Shown here in pieces: positions 35,342 through 47,827 of a DNA stretch of 64,000 nucleotides. The notes under the pieces were generated by a model. The model saw only the letters and a list, made by a program, of their open reading frames with translations. It had not been told where the DNA came from and did not search any database. The DNA comes from Raja brachyura (Eukaryota): NCBI GenBank assembly GCA_963514005.1, contig OY740791.1, positions 45,756,001 to 45,820,000 of the forward strand, given 5' to 3'. Each line of letters begins with the position of its first letter. Position 1 is the stretch's first letter. A program made the position numbers and the translations under genes.

Positions 35342-37801
35342 ATGAGATATAAAATACAGTGGTTGCTAAAATGCCAATTATTATGTTGGATGTTCTTTCC
35401 GATGGATATTGTGTCGGGTCAGATTCGTTATTCTATACCTGAAGAACTGCAACAGGGAGCCTTTGTTGGGAAAATCGCAGCCGATTTAGGTTTAGATGTA
35501 CAGCAGCTGGCGGCTCGCAGTTTGCGGGTAGCGCCCAATCTGAAGAAGTGCTATTTCGACGTAAATTTGGAGAATGGTATTTTGTTTGTGAAGGAAATTA
35601 TCGACAGAGAACTGCTTTGTGGGTCGAACCTCGACTGCCGCTTACCCTTGGACGTTGTGCTTGAAAATCCCTTGAGTCTGTACCCAGTAGAAGTGGAGAT
35701 TATCGATGTAAATGACAATGTTCCCGTTTTCCCCCAAAGCAAATTTCGGATTGAAATTTGGGAGTCTGCGACACCGGGAATGCGATTTCCTCTTGAAACT
35801 GCACAGGACGAAGATATTGGCACTAACTCCTTGCAAAGTTACCAGCTACAACCGAATGAGTATTTTAGTCTCGACGAACAAAAGCGCAGTGGGAAGGGAA
35901 TGCGGCCCGTTCTGTTGTTAGAGAAGTCCTTGGACAGAGAAATGGTGCCAACCCACAATCTGACGCTAACAGCCAGGGACGGAGGCTTGCCCCCTAGATC
36001 GGGTACGGTTCAGATTATGGTCATAGTAAAGGATACAAACGACAATGCGCCCATTTTCTCTCAGCCGGTTTACAGAGTCCGACTTTTAGAAAATACGCCG
36101 AAAGGGACCCTGATTATCAAATTAAACGCCACTGACCTGGATGACGGTACCAATGGTGAGGTGATGTACTCTTTCAATAGACATATTTCCGCTACAGCCC
36201 GTAAACTTTTTGATTTGAACCCCCAAACTGGTGAAATCAGACTGAAAGGAAACTTAGATTATGAAGACAGCAGTGCATTTGATATTAACGTACAAGCAAT
36301 AGACAAGGGTTCTGGCGCAGTACCCGAGTACTGTGACGTGGTTGTTGAAATTGTCGATGTGAATGATAACGCGCCGGAGGTGATGTTACGATCTTCTTCA
36401 AGTATAATTAAAGAGAACTCTCCACTTGGCACTGTTGTGGCACTGTTCAGTGCAGGAGACAGAGATTCTGGGCAAAATGGTCATGTTCAGTGTCATATTT
36501 CAAATCAGCTGCCCTTTAAGATAGATTCCTCCATAAATAACTATTACAGAATTCTTACCCAGCGTTTGCTGGATCGAGAAAGTACCCCCAAGTATGATAT
36601 TACTATAACATGCATGGATGCCGGAAGGCCCGCACTCACTTCCAGGAAAACTATCCGGGTAGAGGTTACAGATATAAACGACAACGCACCAAGATTTTCT
36701 CGCCCAGTATACACAGCAAATGTTCTGGAAAACAATGTTATTGGGGCTTCTATATTTTCCGTGACGGCCTTTGATTCGGACGTAGGAGAAAACGCACGAC
36801 TGAATTTTTCTATCCTGGAGTCACATGTTCAGAATTCTTCAATAATGTATTATGTCTCAATCAATGCAGCGAATGGTGTCATATATGCTCAGAGATCTTT
36901 CGACTTCGAACGGCTGAAAAACTTCCAAATCCAAGTTCAAGTGCAGGATTCTGGTGCACCAGCGCTGACGAGTAATGCTTCGGTGAATGTTGTTATCCTT
37001 GATCAGAATGACAATGCTCCAGTGATTATACATCCTTTACCAGAATATGGTTCAACAGCGATGGAAACAATATGGAGGTTTGCAGAACCAGGATACTTGG
37101 TTGTCAAGATCTCAGCCACTGATGCTGATGCTGGTCAAAATGCTCGTCTCTCTTATCAGATTTTTCAGGCCACACATCTTAATATTTTTACAATTTCCGC
37201 AGACACAGGAGAAATATGGACAATCCGTCCCATTTTGAGCAAGGATGCATCTAATCAAAGGTTGGTTGTTGTGGTAAAAGATAATGGAATTCCATCGCTC
37301 TCTGCCACCGTGACGATAGTATTATCTGTGGTTGGCACTGATACTGAGACGTTCTCCATTGTCAGCAGTTCGTCTTCACATCCCAGATTCACCCCTGAAC
37401 TGAGCTTTTCCTTGGTTGTCGCCTTGGGAATAACTTCTGTCATTTTTCTCATCATTTTAGTAATCCTCGCTCTTATAGTTCACAAAAACAGGGATGGGAT
37501 GGTATACCAGCACCGTTCCCTGGGTACTTGTTGTTTTTTACAATCACGAAACTCTATGAATGGAATTCAGAAGGCCAGCAAAAGTCTTCAGATACCGCCA
37601 AACTATGTTGAGGTATTTGGGGGCGATCCACTTTCCCAAAGTTTCCGCTACGAGTCATGTTCGACGTTGCAGTCCACCAAGAGAGATGTCCTAGTCCCCA
37701 ATAGGTGCAGGATGACTGCAGACATTAATTGCGTACTGAATGAGTCTGTTGGGAAAGGATATGCTGAGATGGCGAATTCAGAAAAATACAACGTTCCTGA
37801 G
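35342..37801 (+). CDS. Clustered protocadherin variable exon 4 (subtype A)
   Basis: 822-aa ORF; in-frame donor GAG|GTGAGG at 37801/37802. Confidence 0.95.
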
Positions 37802-40039
37802 GTGAGGTGATTTTAAATTGAAAAGAAAATCCTCATATGTTTTATTTGGAATGATTCAATATTTCATTGGTGCTACAGGCACAGCGAAATTCATTTATAT
37901 ACAGTCCATTACAAGTATAACTATACATGAGCACTTAGATGCATGCTAGACCAGCATCTCAGATGCAGTACAAGTGTATAGTAGTAGTACACTCAGAAAG
38001 TATACAGAATCGGCAGTTTTTGGCAAAATGTTCAAGTCCCTCTTGTTGTAAGTGCCATGGTCCCTGGCCTGACCACGAAGCCGGGTCGTCCTGTCGGCGT
38101 TCCAGGGTCGGCCTGGTCAAGCACAGCCATGGTGTCCGTGAACCACGAATATATCAAGGCAGACGTAACACAACATAGATCTTAATGGGAAATTTTATTT
38201 CCTGAGCTAAATTCTAGACATTGTTTTGGATTTGCGGTGAAGTATATTCTGTCGTAAAAACGCTTTCAGCAGTGTTTTCGAAATGCTCATGATTCTGGGA
38301 GGCATTTTTATCCTGCTTTCCAACACTCGTAGCTGTGACCAGGTCACATCACGAACGTCTCCGAGACTGAAGCAGTCGTCTCGGGTGACACACCAATCCA
38401 ACTGTTCTTCTTCCAAACTAGCACATTGCGTGAGGTACGCACGATCTAAAATGTTAGTATAAATGTAGATTCGGTGATCACTTTGTTGAATGGTCCGGTT
38501 TAGCTCATCACTGCGACCCCGCACGCTGTCCCCTTCAGTTAATTTCTCGACTCCCACATCTTCTTCCAAAAAAAAATATAAGCTCAGGGAGCACCATCGC
38601 ATTTCTTCGTATCAGCAAACATCAGCCTTCGTACATGAAATTAACTATGTCAGATGACTACCATTGCCTTTTCATATTTGAGCTGGCTAATCGAGACACA
38701 ATAGTTCGCTTTTTTCACAATCGATGCACAATAAATCGCGTTTTTCTATTCACCAATTGAAACTGCGTGACGTGTGTATGCCAAGCAATCTCCTTTGTTT
38801 GAGATTTTCAGCAAATTATGTGCCCTGTTCCTAATTATCAATTTTTTTCAATTACTAACTAGCAGCTTTTTCCATTTATACTCTTCCAATTCTCCCATAG
38901 GCGGCACTGTACAACCTATCACAAAAATGCCCTTCATTCTCACATCCTCAAAGCCGCTCCCCACCACAGCTTTCCACAGCATAAAATACGCCTGTCCTCA
39001 GGAACATTAGCAGGAATAGGCCATTGGGCTCCTAAAGCCTGCCTATAATATATATTATATACATATATATATACAGTTTTTTTTAATGTGTCCATAAATA
39101 TATATAATATATATATCAGGTCAGTTCGTTTCCTGCAACCCGCCCGGGGGTTGTAGCTTTACTAAATAAAGACCGATTTTAGAGGCAAGAATACAAAAAT
39201 CACATGGCAAGAGAGACTGCTAAAGATTCGTGGCATACGACTTTTACATGAGCCTATTATCGTATAAACAACATGTATTTTTGGCGAGCGCAACATAACA
39301 CTTGCACACACTGTCGGGAAAGGTATTCCTCCAATAACTAGTTCTTAATCGGAACGTTTAATATAGGTTACTTCTTCCCTCTCACACTAATTTGGACGGA
39401 TGGCTATGCAAAACCTGGCTGCTATATTTCCTGAACGACAACTGTGATCAATATACATACGTGTTTCATTGCTTCCATAGTGCATCGTCGTATACTGAAA
39501 TGAACGTCAAAACGTAGGTGTGGTTAACCTAGACTTTGTTCAAATGCGTAAGAAGACTTCAAGTGGGATGCAACACACTAAACATACATGAAACACACAT
39601 GAACGTGCGAGAAACTTTACGCATAATGTTAGCCACCCAAGTACTGTACACTTGCCCGCAGCATAATTCCATTCCACTTGAACTGATGCCACGAGTTTAA
39701 ATGCCGCAATTTAACACTTAAATATGCGGTAGTTTGTTAGACTAAATTGCCTGGTTAATCCTTGTTTGAAAATGGGTACCAGTAAACGTAGGTTTTTCAT
39801 TTGTCCATAAATAATTGTCTTTGAGTAGATGATAACGAGCGCCATTCTTGACTTGGAGGAGTTCCAGAGTTTTGACTGCGACTTTGAAGAGACGATGGTA
39901 TTTTTCAAGGCATGGATTTTATGATACCTGCCATTAAAACATGGAGAGCCTGCAGGCGAAATTCTGAATTCTCCTTCACAGTAGCAGGAGGCCACCATAG
40001 AATCCTCGGTAACCGGTCGAAACACAGCTTCTAATTTTG

Positions 40040-40290
40040 GGTCATAGTCATAGGGTCATAGCGTCGTATAGTCATATAGTGTGGAAATTCGGCCCAATTT
40101 TCCCACAACGACCAACATCTATACTAGTCTCACCTGCCCGCCTTTGGCCCATACCCCTCTAAATCTATCCTATCCATGTACCTATCTAAATGTTTCTTAA
40201 ACCTGCCTCAACTACCTCCATTTCGTTCCATACACCTATCACACCGTATGTATAAACGTCTCCCCTCAGGTTCCTAAGGAATCCCCCCTG
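40040..40290 (-). mobile_element. Degenerate CR1-family/SINE 3' tail
   Basis: (CATAGT)-like tail repeats followed by CCTGCCCGCCTTTGGCCCATACCCCTCTAAA. Confidence 0.5.
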
Positions 40291-42166
40291 TCATGGCCAA
40301 AGTATTCATGTAGATGCGTCTATGGTTTCAGAGATATGGTGACACCCAGGCGATTAGTGTATGGGACGTACTCGTGCCTATGATTCCATGTTGACCCTGG
40401 TCGGAATGATTTTGCAGTTGTGCTTAAAGAAGCATTCTGTGCCGAGTTCAATGAACGTTTAATATACAATCTGCAGAGTTAGTGGATCTCAAACCTGGTA
40501 CTGAATATGGATGTACATTCTGAGTGTACAATCGCAGGCAAAATGCGAATATTCTGAATAATACTGATTTTTTACATACTATCAGCATAAACCCTGCAAG
40601 AAATGTTAAAGGCAAGTGTCTCCTTTCATGTTATAATCATAGTTTTTATGAACTTGTTCACATATCTGACAAATGTTGAAATCCATGTAATAAAACGTAA
40701 TAATGATGACGGTAATATAATATATATTGAGGAGAATTGGTTCTTCTTGTTGCTGGAGATGTCCAATGTCCAACATCTGTGTCATTTCATCCATTATTCA
40801 ATACTCCAAACCCCAATTTCGGCCAAGACTGGAAACGGCTTCAGCCATAATATCGTACAGGTCGTTCGTGAATTCACTTTGATGTATGGGTCCAGGTAAT
40901 TCATTCAGAAATTACTTCAGTGATGCCTCTGTTTGGGAATTGTTGTTCTGCAACCATCAATATTCCCTTTATTTGTATTAATTTTCTGTGCTAAGCCACA
41001 GGAAAGCCCAACAATTGATTCGTCTTCGTGTACCCTTGCTGACGAGACAGCTTTTGAACCATCGCTTCTAGTGATGATTCTTCTGAAATGATGTTGCCAG
41101 GACGTTCCATTACTTAGATTCAGTAGCAGTGTGGAATGGTGATAGATTTATGTCAGACTCTTAGGCGACATGGAAGGCAGTGTGAATCCCAAAGATCTAA
41201 CCCTTTTAAATTAAACGTTTTGCGCGCTGCGTCTCCTGCTAGTGAAGCTTTCCACTGTGATATTTGATGCCGTGCAATATAAAAAAGGTGATATTGTATT
41301 ATTTTTGGATAAGCACTTTTTCCAGGTTTGGAAACAAATCGCTGCAGTTTCATTTGGTCATGTAATCCAATTGCATGTATGCGAGCAAATATGTTTGTCG
41401 CTTGATAGCATTGCTTACAATAGCTCCCATCGCTTTCTGAATGATTAAGGGAAGACTGAATTGATAGTAGATGGCTAGTTCCGAATTACTCGATTTTTAT
41501 TTACGTTATATATTGGTCAGTATTACATAATGTCGGATACAACTCAGAGCTTCATCTCGATTGGCGCCTCTTGCGTAGAAACGCCTAATCATGTGTCAAC
41601 CAAAGACTCTATGGCCCATCGTCATCCTTAGTCTAGAGTGCGATGGAGCACAATGTGTTTGGCATACAGATTACGTCGCTAATGACTGCAGAGGTACAAC
41701 ATTCCCCAAGAAAAGGTTTAGAATTGATGGGAAGCACCTTGTGAGTACAATAGCCTGGATCATGCTAATAAAGGCTAAAAGATCAGAACAGAGTAGTGGG
41801 TTTTAAATGGAAGACCGTGCTGGATCGCTTTGCGCATGATCTGCGCACAGCAAAGTTGAAATTCACCGACCTAGTCAGAACATTGTTAATTTCCTAGTCA
41901 TTGGCCTCATGGAGACCAGCCCCATCGAGTGGATCTTGCTGAATTGCACAGCATTTCCTCGACTCTATCGTCAGTAGTATATTGCCTTTTGCGAAATATA
42001 GCACGACATCTGAGTTACCATTATATTTTCTTATAATGGTGAACCTGCTGATAAAGTGCAAGGGGAAAGATAAGGATTGTCTTCTTTAAATATTTTTCAT
42101 TGCGGTCTAATTATTTCAGCGTTTGTGCATCCTTACCCTACATTTTAAAAAAAACTTTAAATATTA

Positions 42167-42457
42167 GGGGCGTCTCGGTGGCGCAGCGGTAGATTAGCTG
42201 CCTTACAGCACCAGAGACCCGGGTTCCATCTAGGCTACGGGTGCTGTCTGTATGGCGTTTGTGGCCGCGTGGGTTTTCTCCGGGTGCTCCGGTTTACTCC
42301 CACACTGCAAAGACGTACAGGTTTGCAGGTTCAATGGCTTTTATAAATTGTCCCTAGTGTGTAGGATAGAACTAGCGTACGGGGAGATCCGTGACTAGGT
42401 GGTCCGGACGGCCTGGTTCCGCGCTGCATCTCTAAACTAAACGAAACTAAACTAAAC
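42167..42457 (+). mobile_element. tRNA-derived SINE (HE1-like)
   Basis: GGTGGCGCAGCGGTAGA A box, GGGTTCCATC B box, (CTAAA)n tail. Confidence 0.8.
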
Positions 42458-43478
42458 AGGATAATCATTATATACGTTTAAATGATTAATTTGGTATTCA
42501 TGTTTTGTATATTTTTGACTGGCGGGGATTTAAAAGTTATAGCGTGACTCCGACAACTTAGATACGCTCGGCATAGGGTTTTTTCAAAATGTTTTGTGAG
42601 TGAAACAATCTTGAAATCTGAAATATATGTTATAATTTTAGAATTTTTGCTAAAAGAAAAGAAAAAAACAATGGCATATACTGAAAAGGCAATTGCAAAT
42701 TAACAAATCCGGAGTGGCGATGGATTATATCCTTCAATTTATATGATCAAATAAAACATATGGCAATAACGAAAACAAAACATGCCACAGACAGGCATAA
42801 GAAAAAGCGACATTCGATTGAGTATTCAAGCATTTCACAAATTAATTATATATTCAACTCTAGCATCGGAAGTACCACGTTGTTGTAATATTAAAGTTAT
42901 AATGATATATACTGGTGAGCATAATGACTTTTATACAGGCAACCCCATTATTTTTTCCGACGGCAACGCCGGTGGAAAGAGTTTGCAAACATGCCCTTAA
43001 CAAATTGAAATCTAGTTGTGGGTAAATCTGTAAATGCACCACCTATCCCTTATACTAGGTATGCATATAAAGATTACAGTTATCATCAATCAAATTTTAG
43101 CATTGAGAAGAAATTATCTTGACAAACATTTCAAAAATACAGCTTCTTTGTTTTGGTGAAGCAACTGATTGTCTTATTTTTTTTCCATGCGGCAACGGAT
43201 CAATATTGTAATTGAAAGTCGTAGTTTATAAGGAATAATCATTCATGGTGGATACGTAATTGGGTTTTTAGCACGATGAATTCCGAACTTCCTATTGATG
43301 CTAATATTGTCGAAGAGTTTCTTCATATTTAATCTTTTACATAGTATGCAGAGTTCTTCTTGAACATTAGGATTTAAAGTTAACAGTTTGCAAAAAATCA
43401 GATGCATCCAAAAGCTGGAAGACATTTGAATTGTGCAACAAGTAATACAACATCCCTGCTGCAAATTATGTCCTCCTT

Positions 43479-43595
43479 GCTTTAAGAAACGAGCTGCACC
43501 CCAACTGGTCAGATGTGATTGTTACGGTCCACCAATCAGAACCTGAGATGGGACTGGATCTGCACAGCCCCCTACAATACTCAGCCGCCATCGCA
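43479..43595 (+). promoter_or_regulatory. cPcdh promoter module 5
   Basis: GCTTTAAGAAA, AACTGG, CACCAATCAG, GGATCTGCACAGCCCCCT, GCCGCCATC. Confidence 0.75.
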
Positions 43596-43810
43596 CAAAA
43601 ACAGACGCCGTGAACCGTGGAAAGCTCGCAGCTCGGATGATTTCCGTATAGTTCATTTCGAATTGAAGATCAACGTGATGACATTTAAATGAAAATATTC
43701 CTACATCTCGCACGAAGGTACAGATTTTATACGTTGTATTTGTAATGATTCAAGCTACCGTTTAAAAAGATTGTCTCGGATTCATACCGTTCGAATGAAT
43801 TCTCCTGGAA

Positions 43811-46258
43811 ATGAGATTTCACATATATTGGCTGCAGAAATGCCACTTGTTTTGCTATTTGTTCTCCCACTGGAATCTTGTTTCTGGGCAGATTCGTTAT
43901 TCTGTTCCCGAGGAATTGCAGCTGGGTGCCTTTGTCGGGAATATCTCAATTGATTTGGGGTTAGATTTAAAGCAGCTCTCGACTCGCAGAACACGGGTGG
44001 CGCCCAGTCAGAGGAAGCAATATGTTGACGTAAATTTGCAGAATGGGATTTTATTTGTGAATGAAAGAATCGACAGGGAGCAACTTTGCGGGCCGAGCAC
44101 CGACTGCATTTTACCCTTGAACGTCGTGCTTGAAAATCCCCTCAGTCTTCACCAGATGGAACTGGAGATACTCGATGTAAATGACAACGCGCCCAGTTTC
44201 CCCAAAAGCCAGGTCCGCCTTGAAATCTCGGAGAATATGGCACCGGGAGCGCGATTCCCCCTCGATTCCGCATACGATCCGGACATTGGGACAAATTCCT
44301 TGCAGGCATACCATCTCCTTCCCAGTGAATATTTCATTCTTGATGTACAGACACGCAGTAGGAAGGGGACAATACCAGTGTTGGTGCTGCAGAGGGCCTT
44401 GGATAGAGAAACAATACCGGCCCACGAGTTAATGCTCTTTGCAGAAGATGGCGGAGTCCCCGTGAGATCGGGCACGGTTCAAGTAACTATCACGGTGCAA
44501 GATATGAACGACAACCATCCTGTTTTCTCGCAATCGGTTTATAGCGTCACAATGTTGGAAACAGCTGCCGTTGGGACTTTGATTATTAGATTAAACGCCA
44601 CTGATTTGGACGAGGGTTCTAATGGCGAGATTACATATTCACTCAGTGGCCAACATTCAGCAAAATTTCATGAACTATTTGGCGTGGATTCGAAAACTGG
44701 TGAAATAAGACTGAAAAGTCGTTTGGACTACGAAGAAAACATTTTTTTTGAGATTAATGTACAGGCAGTCGACAATGGTCATTACGCAATGCCTCAGCAT
44801 TGTGATATATTGGTGGATGTTATCGATGTGAATGACAATGCTCCTGATATAACGTTAACATCTGTTTCCGGTACGGTACCAGAAGATACGTCAATCGGAA
44901 CAGTTGTGGCACTGCTCAACGTAGAAGACAAAGACTCGGGTCGAAATGGGCAAGTGCATTGTCAAATTGCAGGTAAACTGCCATTTAAGCTGGACACAAG
45001 TATGAAAAGTTTTTGCAGACTGATAATACAGGATGCACTGGATCGGGAAACTACCTCCAGTTATGACATTACTGTGACTTGCACGGATGCAGGAAATCCT
45101 CCCCTCGTATCCAAGAAAACGATCCATGTAGATGTTTCAGATGTAAATGATAACGCACCGAGGTTTACGCAGCCTGTATACACGGCGAATGTCAATGAGA
45201 ACAACGTTATTGGAAGTTCTATATTCTCCCTTACAGCCTATGATCCAGACGAGGGACAAAATGCTCGACTGAAGTTTTCTATCCTGAATTCGTCCGTGGC
45301 CTCATATGTCTCCATTAACTCACAAAATGGCGTAATATTTGCTCAGAGATCGTTTGACTACGAGAAGTTGAAACGTTTCCAAATCCATGTACTGGTGTGG
45401 GATTCTGGAGTCCCACCGCAGAGGAGTAACTGTTGTGTGGATGTTCTTATCCTCGATCAGAACGATAATGCTCCGGTGATCGTGAATCCTATGCCTGAAT
45501 ATGGGTCAACAGTAACGGAGACAATATCCAGGCTTGCTAAACCTGGGTACCTAGTTGTCAAGATATCAGCAACAGACGCCGACTCCGGTCAGAATGCCCG
45601 CCTGACCTACCACATTTTACAAGCTACCCATCGCAGCCTCTTTACTATTTCAGCAGACACAGGAGAAATATGGACTGTGCGTGACATTGAGAGCAAAGAT
45701 GCGTCTCAGCAAAGACTTGTGATTGTCGTAAAAGATAATGGAGCGCCACCACTTTCTGCGTCGGTGACAATAGCATTGTCTGTAAAAGGAAATCAAAATC
45801 TCATCAGTGCCACCAGTTTGTCCACAGATCCAAAGTTCACCCCTGATCTGAACCATTTCTTGGTCATAGCCTTGGGGACAACATCGATCATTTTCCTCGT
45901 GATTTTAATTATACTTGCTGTTAAGGTTCATAAACGCAGACATGGACTGGGACTCCAGAATAGTTCACACACGGTCTGTTGTTGCATCAAAACAAGAACT
46001 TCACTGAATGGAATTCAAAAGGCCAGCAGAAGCCTTCAGATACCACCGAACTATGTCGAGGTATTCGGAGGTGATCCGCTTTCTCAGAGCTTCCGTTACG
46101 AGTCGTGTTCCACACCGCAGTCCACGAAGAGAGACGTCACAACACTTCAAACATGCGGGCTTCCTACAGCAACGCAGTGTACCCGGAAGAACCCTATTGG
46201 TAAGGATATTCCAGGAATGTTAAAGTCTCAAGCTTCCAACTTCTATACGAGTAATGAG
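43811..46258 (+). CDS. Clustered protocadherin variable exon 5 (subtype B)
   Basis: Full ectodomain, TM and cytoplasmic motif; in-frame donor GAG|GTGAGT at 46258/46259. The 874-aa ORF call reads on into the intron. Confidence 0.95.
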
Positions 46259-46324
46259 GTGAGTTGCTTCGAAAAGTGTCAGATCGTCACACAATTAATT
46301 ATGTTACATATAAATATTTGTGAT

Positions 46325-46423
46325 GGTATACAAAAGGCTGGAGAAACTCAGCGGGTGCAGCAGCATTTAAGGAGCGAAGGAGATAGGCGACGTTTCGGGT
46401 CGAGACCCTTCTTCCACCGGATC
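46325..46423 (-). mobile_element. Penelope-like/HHR short insertion with 13-bp TSD
   Basis: Nearly identical to the left arm at 1113-1201; AAATATTTGTGAT is duplicated at 46312-46324 and 46424-46436. Confidence 0.8.
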
Positions 46424-47673
46424 AAATATTTGTGATACTTGGGCAATTGTAATTACTGGGAAGAAATTAATAACACGGGGAAAATATGTTGGGCATACTG
46501 CTTCAAATTAACTTCGGCATTCAGTTTACTTGTTTATGTCACCGAGTGTTTCTGTTATTTTCAATTATATATCAATCCAATGGATTATTATACCGGGTAG
46601 ACCAATTTGCTTTGAACCCCATATATCCAGTTTGAACAGGATATAGTTTTAAGCCAACTAAAAAATATCAAAATACGCAGCAATTGTTAAATCTAGCTCC
46701 CATTCCTTTGAATATATGACAAATATACTGCTAAACATACATGCTATAAGCTCTTCCTTTGACAACAGCGCGGGAATTCTAGCCATGTCTTTAAAATACG
46801 ACGAATACTTCCTGGTTACCATGACCTCAGGCCATCCCGGATTGCTTAAATCACCTGGTCCAAAAGCAAAGACTAAATGCCTTCCAAGCTACAATTATAG
46901 ATTAACTAAAATAGAGACTACTAGACCAAGTTCAGCACGACAAGCATTTTCCATTGAGGGAGAGACAAGATTTAGCGTTTTGGATTTAGAATTTACGTCG
47001 GAGAAAAATGAAAGGCTATCAATCTGAACGTTATCACCATTTCTCCAACTCTACCGGTGCGTAAGAGCTGAGGTGCAGGAAAGAACTGCAGATGTTGTCA
47101 ACGTAAGAACCAATGACTGACTACCAGCTATAATGCGTTGCACTTTGCTGATCATTTAGGTATGATTTGTACATGCTCTTAACATTAGAAACGCAGAATA
47201 ATTTCGATCACCAAAATGTCATCACATTCCAGATACCGTCATTTGATTGGCTATTTTCAAGACCTTCCATGTCCCTTGGATTTAATGATTAGTTATAAGA
47301 ATGCGTCATCGTTTCAGTGCATCTCATATTAATTTAATCGGTTTAAAAAATATTTGTCAGTCTGGCAATGTGTCGTTGAATAATAGTGTTTACTGTTTAC
47401 TCATAACTGTTCGGGAGGAATTCATGAGCAAGTGCAATGGCAGTTCGAATTTAATCCTGATTAAAGCAACCTGATGTAATCTGAGAGCACAAGAGTAGAA
47501 CAAACTCTATGAAAAACACCACCCCAAAGCGTATTGTGAAAGATAGGGATCTTGTTGTATCTGAAGGTGGCAGCACAGGTGGATATGTGGTAAATAACCA
47601 TGTGGGACAGGTGACTTCACTTGCTGGTGAATTGGATGGAAGTAAAGAGATTATGGTACAACTTTATAAGACA

Positions 47674-47772
47674 CTAGACCACGTGGGGCCCGTTGGGTTG
47701 CGGGGGGGGGGCTATGGCGTCACACACACACACACCAACCACCCCCCCACACACACACGAATTACCCTCCCC

Positions 47773-47827
<55 letters not shown>

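Noticed and set aside
42167-42240. tRNA gene
   Set aside because: A/B boxes continue into a SINE body and tail present in several copies; no complete cloverleaf.
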